Below, piece after piece: positions 25,505-32,000 of a DNA stretch of 32,000 nt. The notes beneath the pieces are model-generated. The model worked only from the letters and a program-made list of their open reading frames with translations, was not told the origin of the DNA and did no database searches. This stretch comes from Methylorubrum extorquens (GTDB lineage: Bacteria; Pseudomonadota; Alphaproteobacteria; Rhizobiales; Beijerinckiaceae). How positions within the stretch are numbered: the first letter of the stretch is position 1; each line of letters opens with the position of its first letter. A program made the position numbers and the translations under genes. The DNA is taken from the NCBI GenBank assembly GCA_900234795.1, contig LT962688.1, positions 810,001 to 842,000 on the forward strand, written 5' to 3'.

Positions 25505-25753
25505 TCACAGGGCGATGCGCAGCGGCTCGGCGCTGAGGCGCACCGCGCCCGCACGGCGTCCGGTCTCGCCGACCGCGTACTGGAACGCCGCCTCGCGGCT
25601 GCGAAAATAGCCGCCGCCGAGGCCTTGGCTTTCGAGGGCGACCCAGCGGCCCTGCCCATCCTGGCCGACGATGTAGGTCGGCAAGCCGCGGCTCGCCTCG
25701 ACGTCGACCGCCGGGGACGGGGCGGCCGGGGCACCTTCGTACAATGAGGACAT
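25505..25753 (-). CDS. Hypothetical 82-aa protein.
   Basis: ATG start with strong G/C preference at third codon positions throughout. The core is YIVGQDGQGRWVALESQGLGGGYFRSREAAFQYA. No clear SD, and I can name no family with confidence. Confidence 0.45.
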   Translation of the reverse strand: MSSLYEGAPAAPSPAVDVEASRGLPTYIVGQDGQGRWVALESQGLGGGYFRSREAAFQYAVGETGRRAGAVRLSAEPLRIAL

Positions 25754-25942
25754 GATCGCAGATCGGGTCGAGCGGCCCAGTGACGTGAACAGGGGCAGGA
25801 ACCCGAGCCTTTACCTGTGAGGATTCGAGACCGAGAAGCGCCAGGGGCATAAAGGCCCCATCCCGCATTGGCCACCCCACAGGCCGGTCCCCAGGGTTGC
25901 GATCCCATGCGGCGGTCCCGGCAAGCGGCGAGAAAGCGCATG

Positions 25943-25965
25943 AAAAAGGGCCGCGCGGCCCTTTC
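25943..25965 (-). terminator. Rho-independent terminator for the 42-codon gene (palindromic, potentially bidirectional).
   Basis: GGGCCGCGCGGCCC at 25948-25961 is flanked by AAAAA at 25943-25947 on the plus strand. On the minus strand this gives the stem followed by TTTTT. Confidence 0.6.
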
Positions 25966-26002
25966 GAGCCGCCGGCCCTTGGCTCAGGCCCTGTAGCGCG
26001 AC

Positions 26003-26131
26003 CTACTTGCGCAGGAGCTTGGTGACGAGACGGCCGATGGGCGAGCTCGATCCGGCGTTGCGTTCGTCGCGGGCGACGACGCGGTCGTCGGTGCCGAGGA
26101 GCTTGGTGACGAGGCGTCCGATGAGGCTCAT
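26003..26131 (-). CDS. Small protein (42 aa) with an internal repeat: MSLIGRLVTKLLGTDDRVVARDERNAGSSSPIGRLVTKLLRK.
   Basis: The ATG at 26131 is preceded by gtgAAGGAacccgaccc, an SD about 8 nt upstream. The 27-nt block encoding IGRLVTKLL occurs twice (26096-26122 and 26012-26038) with three differences, all synonymous third positions. A promoter motif lies upstream and a terminator downstream. Confidence 0.65.
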   Translation of the reverse strand: MSLIGRLVTKLLGTDDRVVARDERNAGSSSPIGRLVTKLLRK

Positions 26132-26183
26132 GGGTCGGGTTCCTTCACGTCGCGAGGACGGGCAACGGTGCAGCTTCGACGAG

Positions 26184-26209
26184 ATAACGAGCACCGCGGC
26201 GGCGGCGTT
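26184..26209 (-). promoter_or_regulatory. EcfG-type (alphaproteobacterial general stress response sigma factor) promoter motif, GGAAC-N17-CGTT.
   Basis: The minus strand reads GGAACgccgccgccgcggtgctCGTTatc. The CGTT element ends about 53 nt upstream of the ATG at 26131. It is the only such match I found on either strand of the window. Confidence 0.5.
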
Positions 26210-26232
26210 CCGTACCCCGTCGCAACCGATCG

Positions 26233-27402
26233 TCAGCCCGCCCGTCCGCGAACGAGACTCCGCACCACCGGCACGGCGTAGAGTGCGAAGAGCAGGCTGA
26301 GGGCGACGGCGAAGCCCTGCGGCGGCTGGAGGTCCATGCCGCCGCCGATGAGCGGGGGTCCGAGCATCAGCCCGGCATTGTAGAGCATCACGAAGGCGGC
26401 GTTGGCGCCGGCCAGATCCGGCCCGCGCAAGGTGGCTCCGAGATGGGCGAGCCCCACCGTGTAGAGCGTGCCGACGATCCCGCCCCAGACGAAGAGCAGC
26501 GCGGAGAGCAGCGGCAGCGAGGCGGAGGCCGCCGGGATCAAGGCCGCCCCGAGCGCCCCGGCGAGGCTCGCGCCGAGGAGGACGAGGCGCCGATCCACCC
26601 GGTCGGCGAGGAGGCCAACGGGGATCTGGAACAGCACGTTGCCGAGCGCCACCGCGCTGACCAGGGCGGCGGAAATCTTCGCGTCGAGGCCGATGCGCAG
26701 GCCATAGAGCGGCAGGATGGCAAAGGCGCCCGCCTCCACGGCGCCGTAGAGGGCGGCGGCCAGCACGGCGAGCGGCGCGAGGCGCAAGTAGGCCAGGATG
26801 CCGGCCCCCTCGTCGTGCCCGAGATCGGGCGAGAGGTTGCGGGCCAGCACCAGCGGGGTGAGGCCGAGGAAGAACAGGGCCGAGCCGGCGAGATACGGCG
26901 CGAATCCGTCGGTGCCGAGCAGCGTCAGCAAGGTCGGCCCGATGGCGAAGCCGATGGCCAGGATCGTCGCGTAGATCCCCATCACCAGCCCGCGCCGCTC
27001 GGGCGGCGCTGCGTCGTTGATCCAGTACTCAGAGAGCACGAACAGCACGCCCATCGTCGTCGAGAAGACGAAGCGGAGGGGAAACCACAGGACGAGGTTC
27101 GGGAAGAGCTTGAAGGCCGAGAGGCACAACCCACCGAGCACGATCGCCAGGATCAGCAGGCGCACCACGCCGACCCGCGCGGCGAGCCGCGGCACGAACG
27201 GCACGGTGAGAATCGCCGCGAATCCCGCCACCGCCGTGTTGAGGCCGATGACGACGCTCGACGCGCCCATCCGCTCCATTTCCAGCGACAAGAGCGGGAT
27301 CGACAGGCCGAGCCCCGTGCCCACCACCGCCACGCAGGTGATCGCGGCCGTCATCGCGCCGAGGCGGTCGCGATCGGAGGGACGAGCGGAGACGGCGGGC
27401 AT
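26233..27402 (-). CDS. MFS transporter.
   Basis: About 12 hydrophobic segments, with an MFS-like loop LLADRVDRRLVLL. I chose the ATG at 27402 (MPAVSARP...), which leaves a 76-nt gap to olsB. The track ORF start at 27501 would overlap olsB. Confidence 0.85.
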   Translation of the reverse strand: MPAVSARPSDRDRLGAMTAAITCVAVVGTGLGLSIPLLSLEMERMGASSVVIGLNTAVAGFAAILTVPFVPRLAARVGVVRLLILAIVLGGLCLSAFKLFPNLVLWFPLRFVFSTTMGVLFVLSEYWINDAAPPERRGLVMGIYATILAIGFAIGPTLLTLLGTDGFAPYLAGSALFFLGLTPLVLARNLSPDLGHDEGAGILAYLRLAPLAVLAAALYGAVEAGAFAILPLYGLRIGLDAKISAALVSAVALGNVLFQIPVGLLADRVDRRLVLLGASLAGALGAALIPAASASLPLLSALLFVWGGIVGTLYTVGLAHLGATLRGPDLAGANAAFVMLYNAGLMLGPPLIGGGMDLQPPQGFAVALSLLFALYAVPVVRSLVRGRAG

Positions 27403-27478
27403 GACCTTCCAACGACGCGCGAGGGTTGCGGGGCGCTCGGCCTGAACCGGCTTCACCCCGCCCCGCAACCCGGCGCGG

Positions 27479-28477
27479 TCAGGCGGCGTGCCGATCCGCA
27501 CCCGCGCCGAAATGGCCGATGTAGCGCGCAGCGATGCCTGAGACCGGCAGCACCACGAGCACGTCGGTGGTGCCGAACTGGCGGTCCACCACCGCGCCGT
27601 CGCCGAAGGTCGCCCCGACCCGGAGATAGCCCTTCACCAGCGGCGGCAGCGCCATCAGCGCGGCCTTCGGATCGACCGCCTCCTTGGCCAGCCGGTCCAT
27701 CGCGACGTAGCGCTCCGGCAGGGCGCAGGCTCGCCACGCCTCGGGGGCGCGGGCGTGGTGGTGGAGGAAGCTCAAGGGCAGCGCGAGACGCTCGGGATCG
27801 GTGCCCTCCAGGCTGGCGCAGCCGAGCATCGCGTCGATGCGGTGGTGCTGCACATAGGCCCAGATGCCGTGCCACAGGAGTTCGACGGTGCGCTTGGTGC
27901 GGTAGGGCTTCAGCACGCAGGAGCGGCCGAGTTCGAGGAAGCGTTTGCCCGGATGGCGCTCCAGCAGCGGCGCGAGGTCGTACTCGCCCGAGGAGTAGAA
28001 GCCGAAATGCGCCTCCGCCCGGTCCTGGCGCAGCAGCCGGTAGGTGCCGACCACCTTCGGCCGGGCTTTGCGGAAGGGCTTGGCGTCGGTCGCCGCGTGG
28101 TCGATGACGAGGAGGTGGTCGCAGATTGCGTCGTAGGCATCGACATCGCGGCGCTTGAGCGCGGCCATGCCGGTCGGCACCGCCGACATCTCCTCGTAGA
28201 ACACGCGGTAGCGCAGGCGCTGCGCCCGGCGGATCTCGGACTTGGTGGTGGCGAGCCGCACTTCAAGCGCACCGATCCGGCCGAGGCTGGGGTCGAGCCC
28301 CGGTTCGAGCAGCGGGCGCTTGGCCCGGTTCTTCAGCAGGATCGGCGCACCGCCGGGAAGGGCGAGGTCGCCGCCCTCGAAGGTCTGGCGGAAGCGGGCG
28401 AAGGGCGCCTGAACCTTGGTCTCCCAGCCGGCCTTCCACGCGGCCGTAGCCTCGCGCGGGGAAAAATTCGGCAGCAT
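27479..28477 (-). CDS. olsB: Ornithine lipid biosynthesis N-acyltransferase OlsB (GNAT-fold, hemolysin-like).
   Basis: LEVRLATTKSEIRRAQRLRYRVFYEEM...WDAICDHLLV...VGTYRLLRQD...GKRFLELGRSCVLKPYRTKRTVELLWHGIWAYV...LPPLVKGYLRVGATFGDGAVVD closely matches my memory of Sinorhizobium OlsB. The start is uncertain: ATG 28477, or GTG/ATG at 28540/28537. Confidence 0.8.
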   Translation of the reverse strand: MLPNFSPREATAAWKAGWETKVQAPFARFRQTFEGGDLALPGGAPILLKNRAKRPLLEPGLDPSLGRIGALEVRLATTKSEIRRAQRLRYRVFYEEMSAVPTGMAALKRRDVDAYDAICDHLLVIDHAATDAKPFRKARPKVVGTYRLLRQDRAEAHFGFYSSGEYDLAPLLERHPGKRFLELGRSCVLKPYRTKRTVELLWHGIWAYVQHHRIDAMLGCASLEGTDPERLALPLSFLHHHARAPEAWRACALPERYVAMDRLAKEAVDPKAALMALPPLVKGYLRVGATFGDGAVVDRQFGTTDVLVVLPVSGIAARYIGHFGAGADRHAA

Positions 28478-28689
28478 GATCGACACGATCCCGTCGCGGG
28501 AGGCCGCGCGATGCGTCCTCTTGCGCGGCGACAACATCACGAAGGCCGCACGCTTTTATGACGGAGATCTTCGTGCCTTGACAGAGACTTGCGCGAAGCC
28601 TTTGCCAGGCTCCGCGCGAAGCGCCCGTGGTAGCCGGCGAATGAAAACCGGCTAACGATCACAGGGGTTTAAGGGACAACCCTGCCGTC

Positions 28690-29076
28690 TCAGACGAACT
28701 GGTTGAGGCCCGGGATCGAGCCGACGATCGGACCCATGACGTCTTCACCGGCCTTCTCGCGGCCGTAGGCGAACAGTTCCTGGCCGAGCGGCTGCATCTG
28801 GTTCATCGGCACGCCGGCCGAAATCAGCTTCTGGCCGAGCGCCATCACGCCGCCGCCCATCATGCCGCCGAGCATGCCCATCAGCCCGCCGCCGCCCTCG
28901 CCGGCATTTGCCTCGGCGATCGCGGTCTCGGAGCCCGGAAGCGCGGCCATCAACTGGCCCACTTCGGTGGCCGGCCCTTCCTTCTGCAGGAAGGCGAGGA
29001 TGTGTCCGATCGCGGTCTTGGCGGTCCCCGCGTCGAGCCCGGTCCGGTTGGTCACACGGGCAATCAATTCTTCCAT
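28690..29076 (-). CDS. Conserved hypothetical 128-aa protein with a central Gly/Met-rich segment (possibly DUF2780-like; tentative).
   Basis: The ATG at 29076 is preceded by a strong SD (gctAAGGAGGAagcgtttc). Sequence is [35 protein letters not shown]...[21 protein letters not shown]...IPGLNQFV. The longer track ORF to 29481 is not credible upstream of this start. Confidence 0.7.
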   Translation of the reverse strand: MEELIARVTNRTGLDAGTAKTAIGHILAFLQKEGPATEVGQLMAALPGSETAIAEANAGEGGGGLMGMLGGMMGGGVMALGQKLISAGVPMNQMQPLGQELFAYGREKAGEDVMGPIVGSIPGLNQFV

Positions 29077-29230
29077 GAAACGCTTCCTCCTTAGCAGATG
29101 CGTGTCTGTCCGATGCGGCGACGGCGAAATCAAGGGTTGCCGATGTCCCGGCCCTGGATCGGGCGGGCGGGGCGCCATACCCTGTCCGTCACGACACCTG
29201 CACAACGGCGACGGATCGGACGAGGACGGC

Positions 29231-30796
29231 ATGACAGCGGGCGATGGGACGATTCTGGTCGGCCGAAGCACAGGGCCGCAACCGAAGCCCGAGGTGCTGA
29301 GCCTGCGGCTGGCCAACCGCCACGGCCTCGTGGCGGGCGCCACCGGCACTGGCAAGACCGTGACGCTGCAGGTGCTGGCGGAGGGCTTTTCCAACGCGGG
29401 CGTCCCGGTCTTCGCCGCCGACATCAAGGGCGATCTTTCCGGATTGGCCGCCGCGGGCGAGGCCAAGCCGCATTTCGTCAAGCGGGCGGAAGAGCTCGGG
29501 ATCGCTTACGAGCCCGACCGCTTCCCGACGATGTTCTGGGACGTGTTCGGCGAGCAGGGCCACCCGATCCGCTGCACCGTCACCGAGATGGGCCCGCTGC
29601 TGCTCGCCCGCCTGCTCGAACTCAACGACATCCAAGAGGGTGTGCTCAACATCGCCTTCCGCGTCGCCGACGAGAACCAGTGGCCGCTGATCGACCTGAA
29701 GGATCTGCGCGCGCTCCTCACCTTCCTGTCGGAGAACGCGAAGGAGCTGTCGGCCACCTACGGCAACGTCTCGGGCGCCTCGATCGGCGCGATCCAGCGG
29801 GCGCTGCTCGTGCTGGAGAACCAGGGCGCCGACCAATTCCTCGGCGAGCCGGCGCTCAACCTCGAAGACTTCATGCGGACCGACCGGGAGGGCAGGGGCT
29901 TCGTCAACATTCTGGCCGCCGACAAGCTGATGCAGCGGCCGCGCCTCTACGCCTCGTTCCTGCTGTGGATGCTCTCCGAGCTGTTCGAGCAGCTTCCCGA
30001 GGTCGGCGACCTCGACAAGCCCAAGCTCGTGTTCTTCTTCGACGAGGCGCATCTGCTGTTCAACGACGCGCCGAAGGCCCTTCTCGACGCGGTGGAGCAG
30101 GTGGTGCGCCTGATTCGCTCGAAGGGCGTCGGCGTCTACTTCGTGACGCAGAACCCGCTCGACGTGCCGGAGACGGTGCTCGGCCAGCTCGGCAACCGGG
30201 TGCAGCACGCGCTGCGCGCCTTCACCCCGCGCGACCAGCGCGCCGTGCGCGCCGCCGCGGAGACCTTCCGCCAGAACCCCGGCTTCGATGTCGGCAAGGC
30301 GATCACCGAACTCGCCGTCGGCGAGGCGCTGGTGAGTTTCCTGGAAGCCAAGGGCACGCCCTCGGTCGTGGAACGGGCGCTGATCGCGCCGCCGCAGGGG
30401 CGGGTGGGGCCGCTGACGCCGGCCGAGCGCGCCGCGATCATCGGGCAAAGCCCCCTGCGCGGAAAATACGACGAGGCGGTCGACAACGAGAGCGCCTACG
30501 AGATGCTGGCCCAGCGCAAGCACCTCGATTCCGCCCCGGCGGGGGCCGCGGGCCAGAGCGAAGGCGGCCTCTCGGGCATGCTCGGCGGCTGGCTCGGTGG
30601 GATCTTCGGCAGCGGCGAGGAAGCGGCATCGAAGGGCAAAGGGGCCGGCAAGGGAACCGGCCGCACCCGCCGCCCGCCGCCGAGTCTGGCCGAGCAGGTC
30701 ATCGGCAATGCCGCGCGTTCCATGGCGCGCAAGGTCGGCACGGAGGTGGGCGACGCGATCCTGCGGAATGTGCTGGGTGGGCTGACGAAGCGGTAG
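29231..30796 (+). CDS. DUF853 / HerA-like P-loop ATPase (YjgR family).
   Basis: Starts at ATG 29231 with [11 protein letters not shown]. Has Walker [10 protein letters not shown], Walker B-like [13 protein letters not shown] and [11 protein letters not shown]. Sequence upstream of 29231 in the track ORF is antisense to the neighbouring gene. Confidence 0.85.
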   Translation: MTAGDGTILVGRSTGPQPKPEVLSLRLANRHGLVAGATGTGKTVTLQVLAEGFSNAGVPVFAADIKGDLSGLAAAGEAKPHFVKRAEELGIAYEPDRFPTMFWDVFGEQGHPIRCTVTEMGPLLLARLLELNDIQEGVLNIAFRVADENQWPLIDLKDLRALLTFLSENAKELSATYGNVSGASIGAIQRALLVLENQGADQFLGEPALNLEDFMRTDREGRGFVNILAADKLMQRPRLYASFLLWMLSELFEQLPEVGDLDKPKLVFFFDEAHLLFNDAPKALLDAVEQVVRLIRSKGVGVYFVTQNPLDVPETVLGQLGNRVQHALRAFTPRDQRAVRAAAETFRQNPGFDVGKAITELAVGEALVSFLEAKGTPSVVERALIAPPQGRVGPLTPAERAAIIGQSPLRGKYDEAVDNESAYEMLAQRKHLDSAPAGAAGQSEGGLSGMLGGWLGGIFGSGEEAASKGKGAGKGTGRTRRPPPSLAEQVIGNAARSMARKVGTEVGDAILRNVLGGLTKR

Positions 30797-30814
30797 GCGG
30801 GTCCTCGTCTCGCC

Positions 30815-30843
30815 TTGACAGAAGCCCCGCTCCCGACTATCCG
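30815..30843 (+). promoter_or_regulatory. Sigma70-like promoter candidate upstream of rplU-rpmA (TTGACA-N17-TATCCG).
   Basis: A perfect -35 hexamer at 30815-20, a 17-nt spacer and a weak -10 at 30838-43, about 150 nt upstream of the rplU ATG. Confidence 0.3.
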
Positions 30844-30851
30844 GCCGGCAC

Positions 30852-30883
30852 CGCGCGGCTTCCTCGACGAAGTCCGCGCGTTT
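30852..30883 (+). terminator. Hairpin plus short T-tract. It is either the terminator of the DUF853 ATPase gene or a leader structure of rplU.
   Basis: CGCGCGGCTTC-ctcgac-GAAGtCCGCGCG followed by TTTCGCGTT. Confidence 0.5.
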
Positions 30884-30991
30884 CGCGTTCGTGCGCTCAC
30901 GGCCCAGCCTGATCTGCGCGGATGACCTGAACAAGAAGACGGCCCAGGCCCTCACGGCGCCGGAGGCCGGCACAGAACACGAGAGACAACG

Positions 30992-31384
30992 ATGTTCGCA
31001 GTCATCAAGACAGGCGGCAAGCAATATCGCGTTGCCGCCAACGACGTCATCACCGTGGCCACCCTCGAGGGTGAGGCCGGCGCCGCCGTCACCTTCGGCG
31101 ACGTGCTGCTGTTCACCGATGGCGATGCCACCCAGGTCGGCACCCCGCTCCTGTCGGGTATCGGCGTCACCGGCGAGATCGTCCAGCACGGCCGCACGCG
31201 GAAGGTCATCGCCTTCAAGAAGCGCCGTCGCCAGAACTCGCGCCGCCGCCGCGGTCACCGTCAGGACTTCACGGTCGTGCGCATCACCGAGATCAGCGCC
31301 GGCGGCAAGACCTCGAAGGCCGAGCCGCGCAAGACCCGGAAGGCCGAGCCGGCCGCCGAGTCCGCCCCGGCCGCCGCTGAGTAA
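30992..31384 (+). CDS. rplU: 50S ribosomal protein L21 (with a Lys/Ala/Pro-rich C-terminal extension).
   Basis: MFAVIKTGGKQYRVAANDVITV...RKVIAFKKRRRQNSRRRRGHRQDFTVVRI. Confidence 0.95.
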   Translation: MFAVIKTGGKQYRVAANDVITVATLEGEAGAAVTFGDVLLFTDGDATQVGTPLLSGIGVTGEIVQHGRTRKVIAFKKRRRQNSRRRRGHRQDFTVVRITEISAGGKTSKAEPRKTRKAEPAAESAPAAAE

Positions 31385-31432
31385 TCAGCCGCCCGTCCGA
31401 ACGCAGATCCAGCAGAATTCCGGAGCAATCCC

Positions 31433-31699
31433 ATGGCACACAAAAAAGCAGGCGGCTCGTCCCGCAACGGCCGCGACTCCGCCGGCCGGCGCCTCGGCGT
31501 CAAGAAGTTCGGCTCCGAGGCCGTGATTCCGGGCAACATCATCGTGCGCCAGCGCGGCACGAAGTGGCATCCCGGCACGAATGTCGGCATGGGCAAGGAC
31601 CACACCCTGTTCGCCCTCGTCCCGGGCAAGGTGCAGTTCGAGACCCGGCGCGGCCGCGATTTCGTAACCGTAGTGCCGCTGGCCCAGGCCGCGGAGTAA
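31433..31699 (+). CDS. rpmA: 50S ribosomal protein L27.
   Basis: [62 protein letters not shown]. Confidence 0.95.
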   Translation: MAHKKAGGSSRNGRDSAGRRLGVKKFGSEAVIPGNIIVRQRGTKWHPGTNVGMGKDHTLFALVPGKVQFETRRGRDFVTVVPLAQAAE

Positions 31700-31808
31700 C
31701 GGCGGACGCTTGTCGCTGACGACGAAGCGAGCGTCCCGCCGGTGTCCCACACCGAACCGGCGGACGATCGCTGAAGGCTTCATGCGAAGCTTCGAGCGGA
31801 TCGGAACA

Positions 31809-31845
31809 CGGGGGAGGATGGGGCACCATCCTCCCCCTTCGTCGT
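31809..31845 (+). terminator. Terminator-like hairpin downstream of rpmA.
   Basis: GGGGGAGGATGG-ggca-CCATCCTCCCCC, a 12-bp perfect stem, followed by TTCGTCGTC. An earlier imperfect hairpin lies at 31699-31740 (CGGCGGACGCT...AGCGTCCCGCCG). Confidence 0.45.
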
Positions 31846-31887
31846 CCCGGACGGCGCCTTCGCGCGCCCTCGCATGACCGGCTCACG

Positions 31888-32000
31888 ATGTTCCCCGATC
31901 TCACCCGCGACGACGTTTTCCGCATCGAGACGCGCCGGCTCTGGCTGCGCTGGCCCACGGCCCGCGACGCCGAGGCCGTCTCGCGGTTCGCCGGCGATCC
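31888..32000 (+). CDS. GNAT-family N-acetyltransferase (RimJ/RimL-like), 5' fragment truncated by the window end.
   Basis: The ATG at 31888 gives MFPDLTRDDVFRIETRRLWLRWPTARDAEAVSRFAGD. The xETxRLxLRxP N-terminus is typical of this family, and a GNAT gene commonly follows rpmA in alphaproteobacteria (from memory). Confidence 0.55.
   Translation, partial: MFPDLTRDDVFRIETRRLWLRWPTARDAEAVSRFAGD

Overview
High-GC (about 70% by eye) chromosomal segment. The gene content looks alphaproteobacterial, Hyphomicrobiales/Methylobacterium-like, though that assignment is my inference from protein sequences and synteny. I support about 30 protein-coding genes and see no rRNA, tRNA, CRISPR array, transposase or integrase.

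Many of the long ORFs in the six-frame track are high-GC shadow frames antisense to real genes.

**Real genes, in order:**
- addB (5' part; truncated by the window edge and absent from the track)
- cardiolipin synthase, convergent with an EEP-family hydrolase
- enoyl-CoA hydratase
- nitroreductase
- acyl-CoA synthetase
- a roughly 1-kb AT-rich island
- ahcY
- PAS sensor kinase
- TsaE/AmgK-like fusion, then a MurU-like nucleotidyltransferase
- TerB-like protein
- a hybrid histidine kinase whose C-terminal receiver sits in another reading frame
- DUF3311 protein plus sodium:solute symporter
- a minus-strand cluster: 71-aa protein, DUF3016-like secreted protein, DAG-kinase-like lipid kinase, metallophosphoesterase
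- ComEA-like protein
- patatin-like lipoprotein
- two small ORFs
- MFS transporter
- OlsB
- a Gly/Met-rich small protein, divergent from a DUF853/HerA-like ATPase
- rplU-rpmA
- the start of a GNAT gene

**Items worth a second look:**
1. A 42-codon gene with an internal 9-codon repeat whose only DNA differences are synonymous. It has a strong SD, a GGAAC-N17-CGTT (EcfG general-stress type) promoter and an intrinsic terminator.
2. The AT-rich island between the acyl-CoA synthetase gene and ahcY, which carries an 86-codon two-TM ORF.
3. A dispersed repeat of about 105-115 nt present three times in intergenic regions.
4. A probable frameshift at a G5 run that splits the hybrid kinase from its receiver.
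5. The translationally coupled lipid-kinase/metallophosphoesterase cluster with two uncharacterised partners.

I cannot demonstrate a clear novel multi-gene system (for example a defence system) from the sequence alone.
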